From Rhodoferax sp. (GTDB taxonomy: Bacteria; Pseudomonadota; Gammaproteobacteria; Burkholderiales; Burkholderiaceae_C), in assembly GCA_031418135.1 (NCBI GenBank), contig JANOWY010000029.1, positions 1-59,576 on the forward strand: a stretch of DNA of 59,576 nt. The letters run 5' to 3'. Position 1 is the first letter of the stretch. The number at the start of each line of letters is the position of its first letter. Positions 39,644-49,534 of the stretch are shown one piece after another. The position numbers and the translations under genes were made by a program. The notes beneath the pieces were generated by a model. It was not told where the DNA came from, searched no databases, and saw only the letters and a program-made list of their open reading frames with translations.

Positions 39644-40621
39644 TTATTCCGCCTTCACGCCGGCCATCTGGATCAGGCGGGCCCACTTGCTGGTCTCGGC
39701 TTTCATGAAAGCAGCAAATTCCGCAGGCGACACCGACAACTCCACCTCCGAGCCACCGCCCTCGATGGCAGCACGCAAGGCAGCATCTGAAAAAGCCATC
39801 CGGGCTGCGCCATGCAATTTGCTGACCACTGCAACAGGCGTGCCGGCGGGCACCCACAGCCCGCCCCAAGACTCCTGCACAAACAGGTCGTCACCATAGA
39901 TTTCTTTAAGGGTTGGCACATCGGGCAATGAACCCAGCCGTTTGGCACCACTGACCGCCAAGGCCCTGGCCTTGCCATTCTTGACGTGTGGCACAGCGGT
40001 GCCCGCTATCGGAAACGCAAACTGAATCTGCCCGGACAACAAGGCCGGCACCAATTCGACCGAGCCGCGGTAGGGCACATGCACCGCGTCTACTTTCAAC
40101 ACGGTGGCCCAGGTGGAGCCAGCGATGTGGGCCGATGTTCCAATACCACCAGAACCGTAATTGAGCTGTCCCGGCTTGGCCCGCACCGCGGCTTCAAGGT
40201 CTTTGATAGTCTTGATGGGTGAGTCAAATGCAACGATCAATACCGCCGGCGCACTGGTGGTTTGGGTGACCGGGATAAAGCTGGTCAATGGGTCGAACTT
40301 GGCCGCCGGGCGCAGCAGCTTTTGCACTACCTGCGAGATCGAACCCATCAGCACCGTGTAGCCATCCGGTGCCGCCTGGGTAACCAATTCAGCCGCCAGA
40401 ATGCCGGCGGCGCCCACCCGGTTTTCCACCACCACAGCACCCCCCAAGGCCTCGGCCAATTTAGGAGCCATGCGCCGTGTTTCGATGTCTGGCCCGCCAC
40501 CCGCTGCAAAAGGAACAACCAACTTGACGGGCCGGTCCGGAAAAGTCTGAGCCCCGACAGCCGCCACCCAGCAGGTCACCATGAGGCTTGCCAAACGTTG
40601 CAAAATTTTTACTTTGGTCAT
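39644..40621 (-). CDS. Bug-family (TctC-like) tripartite tricarboxylate transporter substrate-binding protein
   Basis: 325 aa with a signal peptide. FPDRPVKLVVPFAAGGGPDIETR is typical of the Bug family. Confidence 0.88.
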   Translation of the reverse strand: MTKVKILQRLASLMVTCWVAAVGAQTFPDRPVKLVVPFAAGGGPDIETRRMAPKLAEALGGAVVVENRVGAAGILAAELVTQAAPDGYTVLMGSISQVVQKLLRPAAKFDPLTSFIPVTQTTSAPAVLIVAFDSPIKTIKDLEAAVRAKPGQLNYGSGGIGTSAHIAGSTWATVLKVDAVHVPYRGSVELVPALLSGQIQFAFPIAGTAVPHVKNGKARALAVSGAKRLGSLPDVPTLKEIYGDDLFVQESWGGLWVPAGTPVAVVSKLHGAARMAFSDAALRAAIEGGGSEVELSVSPAEFAAFMKAETSKWARLIQMAGVKAE

Positions 40622-40713
40622 CGTGATGTCCGGTTCGCAAAACCTGATTATTCACTAACAACACTGGGGTTTTGCTGTATCGTGGTGCATCCTTCATTCA
40701 CCCGGCTGGACCC

Positions 40714-42819
40714 ATGCGCAATTCAATCCAACCCGACCACTCTGCCACCAGCGTCGCGCTGGCATTGGCGGCGGCGGATATTGGCATTTGGGAATGGAGC
40801 AACGGCGAAGGCATGGTGCAGGTCAACGCCCGTTGGTCAGAAATGATTGGTTACGCCCCGGGTGAGCTCGATTTGTCGGGCTTCAAGTGGTATGACCTGG
40901 TGCATCCCATTGATCTGGCCATTGTTCACGAGGAGACCCTGAAACAGTCCAATGCCTCGGCCCAGGGGCAGTTCCGGGTCGAGTTTCGCATGCACCACAA
41001 GGCGGGCCGATGGATCTGGATCGAAAGCCGGGGCCAGGTGGTGGAGCGTGATGCCAACGGCGTTGCAGTTCGCCTGGCGGGTGCCCACCTGGACATCACA
41101 GAACGCCATGCCATCGATGAAGCCCTCAATATTGCCCATGCCGTGGCGCTTGAAAGCGAAGCCCGGTTTCGCAGCCTGACCGAACTGTCCAGCGATTGGT
41201 ATTGGGAGCAAGATGCCAACTTTCGCTTTACCGCGTTCACCGGTAACCTCAAATCGGCTGTTCATCCGGCGCAGGCCGAGCTTGGCATGCGGCGCTGGGA
41301 AATTCCGACCTTGAACATGACCGAGGCTGACTGGCAAGCCCACCAGGAAACCCTGCAAAACCAGCAAACTTTTCGCGACCTGGAAGTGCAGCGTATCGAT
41401 CAAGATGGCAAAACGCTATGGGTCTCAGTCTCTGGTGCGCCGTTTTACAGTGCGGATGGCAGCTTTCTGGGTTACCGGGGCATCGGCCACGACATCACCG
41501 CCCGCAAGGCCGCAGAAGAAACCATTAAAAAGCTGGCGTTTTTTGACGCGCTAACCCAGTTGCCCAACCGTCAGTTGATGATGGAACGCCTGCAGGACGT
41601 GATCGCCACCAGCCGGCGCGACCATCACCACGGCGCCCTGCTGTTCATCGATCTGGACAACTTCAAACAGCTCAACGATTCCAAAGGCCATCAGACCGGC
41701 GATTTGCTGCTCCAGCAAGTGGCCCAGCGCCTGAAAATCGGGGTTCGTGAGGTTGACACCGTGGCGCGGCTGGGTGGCGACGAATTCGTCGTCATCTTGA
41801 AAAGCCTTGCCCCTAACCTGCAAAAAGCAGCGGTGCAAGCCCGCTGGGTGGGCCAGAAGTTGCTGGTCGCGTTGAATGAGCCCTATGACCTGGATGGTTA
41901 TGACCACCATGGCACGCCCAGCATCGGCGCCACGCTGTTCAGCGGTACGGACACCGACCGCGACGAACTTCTCAAACGGGCTGATTTGGCGATGTACCAG
42001 GCCAAGGCCGACGGCCGCAACCTGTTGCGCTTTTTTGACCCGGCCATGCAGGCTGCCGTGGCAGAGCGCAACCGGCTGGAGGCCGAACTGCGTTTGGCCT
42101 TGATGCGTGATGAAATTACCGTGGTGTATCAGCCAGTAGTCGACACACACCGCCAGGTGCTGGGGTATGAGGCGCTGGCCCGCTGGCAGCACCCCTCGCG
42201 TGGTATGGTGCCGCCGCAGGAATTCATCGCGTTGGCTGAGGATTCCGGCCTGATCCTGCAGTTGGGTGCCCACGTTTTGAGGGTTGCTTGCCAACAGTTG
42301 GCCCGGTGGGCGCTGAGCGGCGCCAGCCAGGCGCTGACGCTGGCGGTCAACGTGAGTGCCCGCCAATTTCGGCAGCGCGATTTTGTAGCGGTGGTAAGCG
42401 GCACATTGCGTGAAACGGGTGCCCGGCCCCAGCAGCTCAAACTGGAACTCACCGAAAGCCTGCTGCTCAATGACCTGGACGATGTAGTGGCCAAAATGAA
42501 CCTGCTGCGCGCTCTGGGTGTGGGCTTCTCCCTGGACGATTTTGGTACCGGATATTCGAGCCTGAGCTATCTCAAGACCTTGCCGTTAGACCAACTGAAA
42601 ATCGACAAGGGCTTTGTGCAAGATGTGTTGGACGACCCGAGCGACGCGGCGATCGCCGTTTCCATCGTCACGCTGGCGCAGGCGCTCAAACTCGACGTAG
42701 TGGCCGAAGGCGTGGAAACCGAAGGCCAGATGGCGTTTTTGGCCCAGCATGGCTGCCGCGCTTTTCAGGGTTACCTGTTTGGCAAACCCGCGCCATTGTC
42801 GGGTTTCGCACTGCTTTAA
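40714..42819 (+). CDS. PAS/PAC-GGDEF-EAL signalling protein (diguanylate cyclase/phosphodiesterase)
   Basis: The track ORF starts at 40672; an ATG is at 40714. Two PAS-like regions, RLGGDEFVV (GGDEF), YEALARW (EAL), DDFGTGYSSLSYL and KIDKGFV. Confidence 0.9.
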   Translation: MRNSIQPDHSATSVALALAAADIGIWEWSNGEGMVQVNARWSEMIGYAPGELDLSGFKWYDLVHPIDLAIVHEETLKQSNASAQGQFRVEFRMHHKAGRWIWIESRGQVVERDANGVAVRLAGAHLDITERHAIDEALNIAHAVALESEARFRSLTELSSDWYWEQDANFRFTAFTGNLKSAVHPAQAELGMRRWEIPTLNMTEADWQAHQETLQNQQTFRDLEVQRIDQDGKTLWVSVSGAPFYSADGSFLGYRGIGHDITARKAAEETIKKLAFFDALTQLPNRQLMMERLQDVIATSRRDHHHGALLFIDLDNFKQLNDSKGHQTGDLLLQQVAQRLKIGVREVDTVARLGGDEFVVILKSLAPNLQKAAVQARWVGQKLLVALNEPYDLDGYDHHGTPSIGATLFSGTDTDRDELLKRADLAMYQAKADGRNLLRFFDPAMQAAVAERNRLEAELRLALMRDEITVVYQPVVDTHRQVLGYEALARWQHPSRGMVPPQEFIALAEDSGLILQLGAHVLRVACQQLARWALSGASQALTLAVNVSARQFRQRDFVAVVSGTLRETGARPQQLKLELTESLLLNDLDDVVAKMNLLRALGVGFSLDDFGTGYSSLSYLKTLPLDQLKIDKGFVQDVLDDPSDAAIAVSIVTLAQALKLDVVAEGVETEGQMAFLAQHGCRAFQGYLFGKPAPLSGFALL

Positions 42820-42896
42820 GGACGTGGCCTCATAGCCTGAGTTTTCTCAGGTGTGGGCCGGTTTTAATGGCAGCCGCTGCACAGGTAGAAGCGCGC

Positions 42897-43616
42897 TCAA
42901 GAAGCCTTGAGCAGTTGCTCAATGTCTGCAGCCAGCGCTTTCGCACCACTGCCGTACCGGGTGTAGAGCCGCAGGCGGCCGCTGGTGTCATACACAAAAC
43001 TGCCGGCCGAGTGGTCCATGGTGTAGCTGGTGGGGGTTTTGCCATCGACCTTTTTGTAATACACCTTGAAGTTTTTCGCCAAATCTGACAACTTGTCTGC
43101 CTCCGGGATCAGGGCCAGAAAACCAGGATCAAAGTTGGTCATGTAGGCCTTGAGCACCTCGGGTGTGTCTCGGGCCGGGTCGATGGTGACAAACAAGGTT
43201 TGCAGCTTGTCACCGTCTTTGCCCAACAGCTTTTTGACCTCGGCCATCTCCGCCATGGTGGTGGGGCACACGTCTGGGCATTGGGTGTAGCCAAAAAATA
43301 GGACGGTGACTTTGCCGTTGAAATCCTTGATGCTACGGCCCTGGCCGTTGTGGTCTTTGACGGGGGTGGGCAAGGCAAAGTCCTTGGCGTAATCCGCACC
43401 TGTGATGTCAATCGAGACAAACGAAGGCTTTTTCTCGGAGCAAGCAGACAGCATTGAAGAAAAAAGGCCAATTGTTAATACAATGACTGCACAGTTAGCT
43501 ACAAAATTAATAGCCACTTCCAACAACTTTAACGCGTGGCCAACCGGCGAAACGGGCGACTGCTTGGGGCGATACCGGGCCACGGAAGTAGGAAGAGCCA
43601 TATCAGTTCCTTGCAA
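42897..43616 (-). CDS. SCO1/SenC-family copper chaperone
   Basis: 239 aa with a membrane anchor or lipobox-like LSAC. Thioredoxin-fold CxxxC motif FGYTQCPDVCPTT and a conserved His in YTMDHS. The start could also be 43601. Confidence 0.88.
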   Translation of the reverse strand: MQGTDMALPTSVARYRPKQSPVSPVGHALKLLEVAINFVANCAVIVLTIGLFSSMLSACSEKKPSFVSIDITGADYAKDFALPTPVKDHNGQGRSIKDFNGKVTVLFFGYTQCPDVCPTTMAEMAEVKKLLGKDGDKLQTLFVTIDPARDTPEVLKAYMTNFDPGFLALIPEADKLSDLAKNFKVYYKKVDGKTPTSYTMDHSAGSFVYDTSGRLRLYTRYGSGAKALAADIEQLLKAS

Positions 43617-43624
43617 GACGCGAT

Positions 43625-44530
43625 TTACACAACGTAATGATCAACCAACAGCGCCGCAAAAAGGACACTGAGATGAATCAGCGAAAAACGGAAAGTTTTG
43701 CGCGCCAGGGCATCTGAATAGTCGCGCCACAACCGATAACCGTACAGGCAAAAGCCGACGTTCAGGCCAATGGCAGCCACCAGATAAATCCAGGAACTCA
43801 TGCCATACATCACCGGCAGCAGGCAGGCCGCAAACAATATGAAGGTATAGAGCAATATTTGCAAACGCGTGAACTCACTGCCATGGGTGACCGGTAACAT
43901 GGGTAGCCCCGACTTGCGGTAATCCTCCACCCGGTACAAGGCCAAGGCCCAGAAATGGGGCGGTGTCCACAAAAAAATGATCAAGAACAGAATCAACGCT
44001 TCCGGGCCCACCTCGCCCGTCATGGCAGCCCAGCCCAGCACTGGCGGCATGGCACCCGAGGCTCCGCCAATCACGATGTTTTGCGGCGTGAGCGGCTTGA
44101 GAATCACCGTGTACACCACGGCATAACCGACAAAGGTGGCAAAAGTCAGCCACATGGTCAGCGGGTTCACCCAAACGTACAACAACACTGAACCGGCGGC
44201 GCACAAAACGGCTGAAAACAAGCCAGTCTGCACATCGCTTAGCTCACCTTTGGCGGTGGGCCGCCAGGCGGTGCGTTTCATTTTGGCATCGATACCCTTT
44301 TCAACCAGGCAGTTAAAGGCGGCGGCTGCACCGGCCACCAGCCAAATGCCAAAACTGGCGATGGCCGCCACTTTGACCTGCGCCCAACCGGGCAAGCCGG
44401 GTACGGCCAAAACCATACCAATCAAGGCGCAAAACACGATGAGCTGAATCACCCGTGGTTTGGTTAACGCGTTGTACTGGCGAATCAGCGCCATGAGCGA
44501 TACGGCAGGAGCGGGCGTTTGTCGCGTCAT
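43625..44530 (-). CDS. ctaB: Protoheme IX farnesyltransferase (heme O synthase)
   Basis: The track ORF extends to 44572. ATG at 44528-44530 forms an ATGA overlap with the ctaA stop. [15 protein letters not shown] and a UbiA-family multi-TM profile. Confidence 0.9.
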   Translation of the reverse strand: MTRQTPAPAVSLMALIRQYNALTKPRVIQLIVFCALIGMVLAVPGLPGWAQVKVAAIASFGIWLVAGAAAAFNCLVEKGIDAKMKRTAWRPTAKGELSDVQTGLFSAVLCAAGSVLLYVWVNPLTMWLTFATFVGYAVVYTVILKPLTPQNIVIGGASGAMPPVLGWAAMTGEVGPEALILFLIIFLWTPPHFWALALYRVEDYRKSGLPMLPVTHGSEFTRLQILLYTFILFAACLLPVMYGMSSWIYLVAAIGLNVGFCLYGYRLWRDYSDALARKTFRFSLIHLSVLFAALLVDHYVV

Positions 44531-45714
44531 GATGCCGCCTTTTGCGCAGCGGGCAGGCACAACACCCAGCACAGCACCATGACCAATGCACCGGCGCCCG
44601 CAGTATGCATCAGTGCTGCAAACAACGGCCAGCCCAGTACCACATTAGAGAGCCCGGTGGCCAGTTGCAAAGCCGTCAGGCTGGCCAGCCAGCGCGAAGC
44701 TTGCCGGGTTGCCAGCGCTCGATTGAGTTGCCATGCCAACACCATCAGCAGCGGCAAGACAACGGCGGCCATCGCCCGGTGGGTAAAGTGAATCGCCGTG
44801 AGCGCTTCAAACACAATCGCCTGCCCTTGCGCCGTTACGCCCAGGGCCCGCCAGATTTCAAAGCCCTGGGTGAAATTCATGGGTGGCCAATAGCTGCCTT
44901 GGCACTGCGGAAAATCACTACAGGCCAACACCGCATAGTTGGTGCTGACCCAAGCGCCCAGGGCAATTTGTAAGCCAAGCGCCACCAAAGTAACCCACAC
45001 CTGCTTCTGCTGGGCAGACTTGTTGTCGCCCGTATCACCAACCGGCAAATCCGGCAGATCAAACGAATCCTTTGTTGCCGCCAAACCCGCTACATACGCC
45101 GACCGCTGACAGGCCAGCACCGTCAGCAATGCCAGCCCGGCCATGCCTCCGAGCAAATGCATGCTGACGATCGCGGGGAACAGCTTCATAGTCACGGTGA
45201 GGGCACCAAATGCACCCTGAACCACAACCCACAACAGGCAAGCCAAAGAAGTAACCAGTAGACGGCGCGAGGCCGGTTCAACGCGCCGTCGCCAATCGCG
45301 CCAGGCGGCGAACGCCAGCCACAGAATCAAGACACCAACGGCACTGGCCAGATAGCGGTGAATCATTTCAATCCAGGCCTTTGGCAAGGTGACTGGACCA
45401 CTGGGCAAGGCTTGCTGCGCGTCTGCAATTTGCTGCAAAGCACCTACCGGGCTGGCGTGGCCATAACAACCGGGCCAATCCGGGCAGCCCAGCCCGGAAT
45501 CAGTGAGCCGCGTGAAAGCACCAAACACCACCAGGTCAAACGTGAGAAAGAGAGTCACCCAGGTCAGGGCCTGCAGGCGCGCAGCCGAAAGGTCGCGCGC
45601 AGGCACGCGCCGGGTTCGCCACCCAACCCATAGCGCCGGAACCAGCGCCAGCGCTGCACCGGTGAGCAGCAACAGCCCCAGGGGGGCAAAATTGTATAAG
45701 GCGACTGGCATCAT
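44527..45714 (-). CDS. ctaA: Heme A synthase (COX15/CtaA)
   Basis: Preferred start MMPVALYNF (45714). [19 protein letters not shown] and IHFTHR motifs. Confidence 0.88.
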   Translation of the reverse strand: MMPVALYNFAPLGLLLLTGAALALVPALWVGWRTRRVPARDLSAARLQALTWVTLFLTFDLVVFGAFTRLTDSGLGCPDWPGCYGHASPVGALQQIADAQQALPSGPVTLPKAWIEMIHRYLASAVGVLILWLAFAAWRDWRRRVEPASRRLLVTSLACLLWVVVQGAFGALTVTMKLFPAIVSMHLLGGMAGLALLTVLACQRSAYVAGLAATKDSFDLPDLPVGDTGDNKSAQQKQVWVTLVALGLQIALGAWVSTNYAVLACSDFPQCQGSYWPPMNFTQGFEIWRALGVTAQGQAIVFEALTAIHFTHRAMAAVVLPLLMVLAWQLNRALATRQASRWLASLTALQLATGLSNVVLGWPLFAALMHTAGAGALVMVLCWVLCLPAAQKAAS

Positions 45715-45728
45715 GCGTGTATCCACAT

Positions 45729-46451
45729 TCAAGGCCGACCTGCGGTATCCCATGACGCGGCTGCCCGCAGTAGCCGTTCCATGTCACGTTTGACCTTGGC
45801 CGCTGCGCTCAAATCGATTTGCGGCGGAAACCGCATCATCCAGTTGCCCAGCGGGTCAACCAGGTACAAATGGTCTTGCAACATTTGGCCGCTGGCAGGT
45901 TGCAGCCAGGTTTGAAGCAGTGCCGCCGGCAGTTTCAGGATGGTCACCTCACCTAATTGAGTCCGCAACGCAGGATCGATGGTCTGCTCACCAAGCAACA
46001 GCACCACCCGGTCGACCTTGTCGCGCTCTTTGCCCAGGCTGGTGTGCAACTGGCGCTGTAAGTACAAAGTATGGGCACAGGCTTCATCACAAACCCCGTC
46101 GCCGGCTTTCACCACACTCACCAGCAACCACTGGCCTTTGAGGGCACGCAGGTTGGTCGTCTTGCCATCGGTCTGCCGTGCCACCATATCGGGCAAGGGG
46201 CGCTGCGGCTCAATCAATTCGCCAAAATTGCGGCGGCCCTCAGGGCGTATCACGTAATAGGTGAAGTAAGAGGCGATCACCGGTGAGGCACACAACAGCA
46301 TCACCAAAATCATCTTCCAGCGTCCGGATTTTGTACGTTGCGTATCCGGCGTTGATTGCCCCGGATCGGGCAAGGAATGCACCGTCAAACCCAGCAGCTC
46401 ATCGCGGGGGCTTGCGGTGCCGCCTTCGGCGACCGACATTGTGGACGACAT
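45729..46451 (-). CDS. Conserved hypothetical membrane-anchored protein of the cytochrome oxidase assembly cluster (thioredoxin/SCO-like?)
   Basis: The track ORF extends to 46520 and overlaps SURF1; an internal ATG at 46451 avoids the overlap. One TM (WKMILVMLLCASPVIASYF) and a CDEAC (CxxxC) motif. No confident family assignment. Confidence 0.5.
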   Translation of the reverse strand: MSSTMSVAEGGTASPRDELLGLTVHSLPDPGQSTPDTQRTKSGRWKMILVMLLCASPVIASYFTYYVIRPEGRRNFGELIEPQRPLPDMVARQTDGKTTNLRALKGQWLLVSVVKAGDGVCDEACAHTLYLQRQLHTSLGKERDKVDRVVLLLGEQTIDPALRTQLGEVTILKLPAALLQTWLQPASGQMLQDHLYLVDPLGNWMMRFPPQIDLSAAAKVKRDMERLLRAAASWDTAGRP

Positions 46452-46458
46452 GGACGAA

Positions 46459-47271
46459 TCAGGAACGTTTTTTTGCGACATAAGGCTTGCCAAACTGAAA
46501 CCATCCATAAAGACCTGCAATCAGCGCGCTTAACGCGAACCACTGCGCAGCATAACCATAGTTTTTGCTGGCACCAGAATTGACCAGTGGCCAATCTCGT
46601 TGCAGCCCGTCTTTTGGCCCTGCTTCTGAGGAAACTGTAGGTGCTTCAGTTTGCAACAAGGTCAAAGGCATCAACGCGAGCTTGGTTTCCATCGCAAAAG
46701 TTTTCAAATCCAGGTTTTGGCGGATGACTGGAATGCCCACAGCCTTTTCCGCCGCGTTGCCCAAGTTGTCTGCCGGGGGTTCAACGGACCCGCCCAACTC
46801 CAGCAAACGCCCGGGTGGGCCCGCCAATCGGCCATTGACTTCCACCAGTCCGACAGGCGTTGGCACAACAGGCAATTGGCTGCGATCCACAAAATTGCGG
46901 GCCACCCAACCCCGCTGTACCACCAACACCCTCGAAGACCCTTCCAATTGAAAAGGTGTCAACACATAAAAACCAGGTCTGCCAAACATCTGCCGGTTAT
47001 CCAGAAAAACCGTATGCCCCGTTAACCACTGGCCGCGCAATTGAGCGGTTCTATGGAGAATTTGCGCGAACATGTCATCGGTGAGTTCTGTCGGCCACGC
47101 GGCTATTGCCGAGTTTTGCAGCGCTGGCAATTGGTGTTTGGCGTCAATCGCCATTTGCGTACGCTCTCGCATTTCACCACGAGACATCTGCCATCGGCCC
47201 AGCCACGCCGTGGCGGCAATACCCAGCAAGGCTACAAAGGTCAAAACCAAGAAACGTCGACGAGAACTCAC
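46459..47271 (-). CDS. SURF1-family cytochrome oxidase assembly protein
   Basis: 270 aa. N-terminal TM + GRWQMSRG motif and a C-terminal TM (YAAQWFALSALIAGLY). Confidence 0.88.
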   Translation of the reverse strand: MSSRRRFLVLTFVALLGIAATAWLGRWQMSRGEMRERTQMAIDAKHQLPALQNSAIAAWPTELTDDMFAQILHRTAQLRGQWLTGHTVFLDNRQMFGRPGFYVLTPFQLEGSSRVLVVQRGWVARNFVDRSQLPVVPTPVGLVEVNGRLAGPPGRLLELGGSVEPPADNLGNAAEKAVGIPVIRQNLDLKTFAMETKLALMPLTLLQTEAPTVSSEAGPKDGLQRDWPLVNSGASKNYGYAAQWFALSALIAGLYGWFQFGKPYVAKKRS

Positions 47272-47277
47272 CGGATA

Positions 47278-47517
47278 ATGGCCCTCATGAAATTATTTGT
47301 CGCACTGGCTTTTTTGGCCATTTTGGGAAGCCTGGGTGGCGCTTTGTATTTCATGATGCGCGGCCAGGGAAACGCCCAGGACGACCATAAAAAATCAGGC
47401 CGCATGATGAAGGCCTTGGCACTGCGGGTGGGCTTGTCCATCACGTTGTTCATCTGCATTTTGATCGCCTGGAAAATGGGCTGGGTGCAGCCCACTGGCA
47501 TTGCAGCCGGCCGATAG
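47278..47517 (+). CDS. Twin-transmembrane-helix small protein (DUF2909)
   Basis: 79 aa from the internal ATG of track ORF 47041..47517. MALMKLFVALAFLAILGSLGGALYFMM ... LSITLFICILIAWKMGW. Confidence 0.7.
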   Translation: MALMKLFVALAFLAILGSLGGALYFMMRGQGNAQDDHKKSGRMMKALALRVGLSITLFICILIAWKMGWVQPTGIAAGR

Positions 47518-47527
47518 TGCTCACAGC

Positions 47528-47556
47528 AAAAAAGGCACCTTGCGGTGCCTTTTTTT
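47528..47556. terminator. Bidirectional intrinsic terminator between convergent genes
   Basis: A6-GGCACC-TTGC-GGTGCC-T7. A perfect 6-bp GC-rich stem flanked by an A-run and a T-run. Confidence 0.8.
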
Positions 47557-47586
47557 CAAGAAGCTTTGCGAGGGCTGATGGATACG

Positions 47587-48468
47587 TCAGAGCCAATAAA
47601 CCAGGATGTAGAGGCCCAACCACACCACATCCACAAAATGCCAATACCAAGCAGCACCTTCAAAACCGAAATGCCGCTCAGGTGTGAAATGCCCTTTTTG
47701 GAGGCGCAAAGTGATGAACAGCAGCATCAACATGCCGACAAACACATGAAAGCCGTGAAAACCTGTGAGCATGAAGAAGGTTGAACCGTAAGCGCCGGAT
47801 GTAAGCTTCAAGTTCATGCCCGCGTAAGCATGGTAGTACTCATAACCCTGCACAAACAGGAACACCAGCCCCAAAACAACCGTCAGCCACATAAAGCCAA
47901 TCGTGCGTGCACGGTTGCCAACTTGAAGCGCGTGGTGCGCAATAGTCAGCGTCACCCCCGAAGACAGCAACAGCGCGGTGTTGATGGTGGGCAGCCAGAA
48001 CGGGGTCATGGTCTCGAACGGCTCAATAATATTGGCCGGCGATGCGGTCGAACCTGCCAATGAAGTAGGCCAGCCAGCCTTGAAATCTGGCCACAACAAG
48101 GCGTGTTCCAAGTTGCCCAGCTCGGGGCCTGAATGCATACGCATCCACCACAAAGCCGAGAAAAAGGCACCGAAAAACATTACTTCCGAAAAGATGAACC
48201 AGCTCATGCTCCAGCGGAATGAGAGGTCAATTTTGTGGCCGTATTGATGCCCTTCACTCTCTCCCACCGCATCGCTGAACCACTTGAACAAAATCACGAG
48301 AAACCAGGCCAGGCCCGCAAACATAAGCCATTTGCCCATATCGCTGCCATTCATCCATTGAGCTGCGCCAAAAAATGTGAAAAACAGGCCTAGTGATGCC
48401 AAAGCCGGCCGGTTTGAAGGTGCCGGGACGAAGTAATACGGTGTACCGCCGTGTGAAGTTGAACTCAT
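47587..48468 (-). CDS. ctaE: Cytochrome c oxidase subunit III
   Basis: The track ORF extends to 48489. Preferred start MSSTSHGGTPYYFVPAPS. C-terminal WYWHFVDVVWLGLY. Confidence 0.92.
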   Translation of the reverse strand: MSSTSHGGTPYYFVPAPSNRPALASLGLFFTFFGAAQWMNGSDMGKWLMFAGLAWFLVILFKWFSDAVGESEGHQYGHKIDLSFRWSMSWFIFSEVMFFGAFFSALWWMRMHSGPELGNLEHALLWPDFKAGWPTSLAGSTASPANIIEPFETMTPFWLPTINTALLLSSGVTLTIAHHALQVGNRARTIGFMWLTVVLGLVFLFVQGYEYYHAYAGMNLKLTSGAYGSTFFMLTGFHGFHVFVGMLMLLFITLRLQKGHFTPERHFGFEGAAWYWHFVDVVWLGLYILVYWL

Positions 48469-48546
48469 TTCAATGCTTTGCCTTTTCAAATAACGCCAAT
48501 TTCACAAACTTCAAACGAATCAGTTGGATCCCATCAGGCGAATGAC

Positions 48547-48765
48547 CTACTTGGCCACGACCCAATTCACAAAAAACATCAGACTCACCACAAAGACCAA
48601 GACAGCCACAACGGCCACCAGCAAAATATGCAGCGGATTGACCTGTGCCAGGTCATCCTGGAATTCGCTTTTTTTACGAATGCCCAAAAAAGACCAAGCC
48701 ACCGTCTTGACGCTGCGTAAAAACGATGAGCCCGTGGGCACCGGCGTTTGAAGATCCGGGTTCAT
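48547..48765 (-). CDS. DUF2970 domain-containing small membrane protein
   Basis: 72 aa. SFLRSVKTVAWSFLGIRKK... plus one TM. Conserved position between ctaG and ctaE. Confidence 0.7.
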   Translation of the reverse strand: MNPDLQTPVPTGSSFLRSVKTVAWSFLGIRKKSEFQDDLAQVNPLHILLVAVVAVLVFVVSLMFFVNWVVAK

Positions 48766-49382
48766 CCACCAGCCCCACTCAACAGCAGGTTTGACTTGCC
48801 TGTGGCGGCTGCCACTGGCGCTGGCGGCGTTTTGCCGCCGACTTCAAAAAAAGTGTATGACAAGGTGATTGTCGTCACATCCTTGGAGAGTTTGGGGTCA
48901 ATCACAAAGGCCACTGGCCATTGCTTCTTTTCACCGGGATCCAGCGTGTACTGGTTAAAACAGAAACATTCCAGCTTGTTGAAATGCATGGCAGCCTGCT
49001 GCGGCGCGTAACTCGGAATCGCCTGCGCCGCCATGCGCCGGTTCTGTGTGTTCTGGAACTCGTATATGACGGTTGCCAATTCACCTGGATGCACTTGCAA
49101 CGATGATTTTTGGGGTTTGAACTCCCAAGGCCCGCGGGCGTTGGCATCAAATTCAACCGTGATGGTGCGGCTCAGGTCTACCTGCGAATTGGTGACATCG
49201 GCTTTGGTCAGACGGGCCTTTTCACCGCTCTTGCTTTTTTCGCCAATGGCCAGAATGTTGATGCCTGTTGCTTCACAGATCGCCTTGTAAATCGGGATCA
49301 AGGCGTAGCCAAAGCCAAACATGCCCACCGTGATGACGGCGAGTTTGCCCAGCATTTTGAAGTTGTCGAGGTACAGGCTCAT
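48762..49382 (-). CDS. ctaG: Cytochrome c oxidase assembly protein CtaG/Cox11
   Basis: 206 aa. N-terminal TM and the Cox11 core VEFDANARGPWEFKPQ...CFCF. Confidence 0.9.
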   Translation of the reverse strand: MSLYLDNFKMLGKLAVITVGMFGFGYALIPIYKAICEATGINILAIGEKSKSGEKARLTKADVTNSQVDLSRTITVEFDANARGPWEFKPQKSSLQVHPGELATVIYEFQNTQNRRMAAQAIPSYAPQQAAMHFNKLECFCFNQYTLDPGEKKQWPVAFVIDPKLSKDVTTITLSYTFFEVGGKTPPAPVAAATGKSNLLLSGAGG

Positions 49383-49399
49383 GATGTTTCAGAGCTGAT

Positions 49400-49510
49400 T
49401 TATTTGCCGAGCAGCATCATTTTGGCGACGAAACCGACCAGAAATACAGCCGCCACTGAGGCCAGTACCAGCCCCGTCCTCAGATTCGCTTTTTTTTGCT
49501 CAGGATCCAT
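49400..49510 (-). CDS. Cytochrome oxidase small assembly protein (36 aa)
   Basis: Below the ORF-track size cut-off. MDPEQKKANLRTGLVLASVAAVFLVGFVAKMMLLGK is a single TM and sits between ctaD and ctaG as in other Burkholderiales (from memory). Confidence 0.65.
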   Translation of the reverse strand: MDPEQKKANLRTGLVLASVAAVFLVGFVAKMMLLGK

Positions 49511-49534
49511 CACAATGCCCAAGTTTTAAAACAA

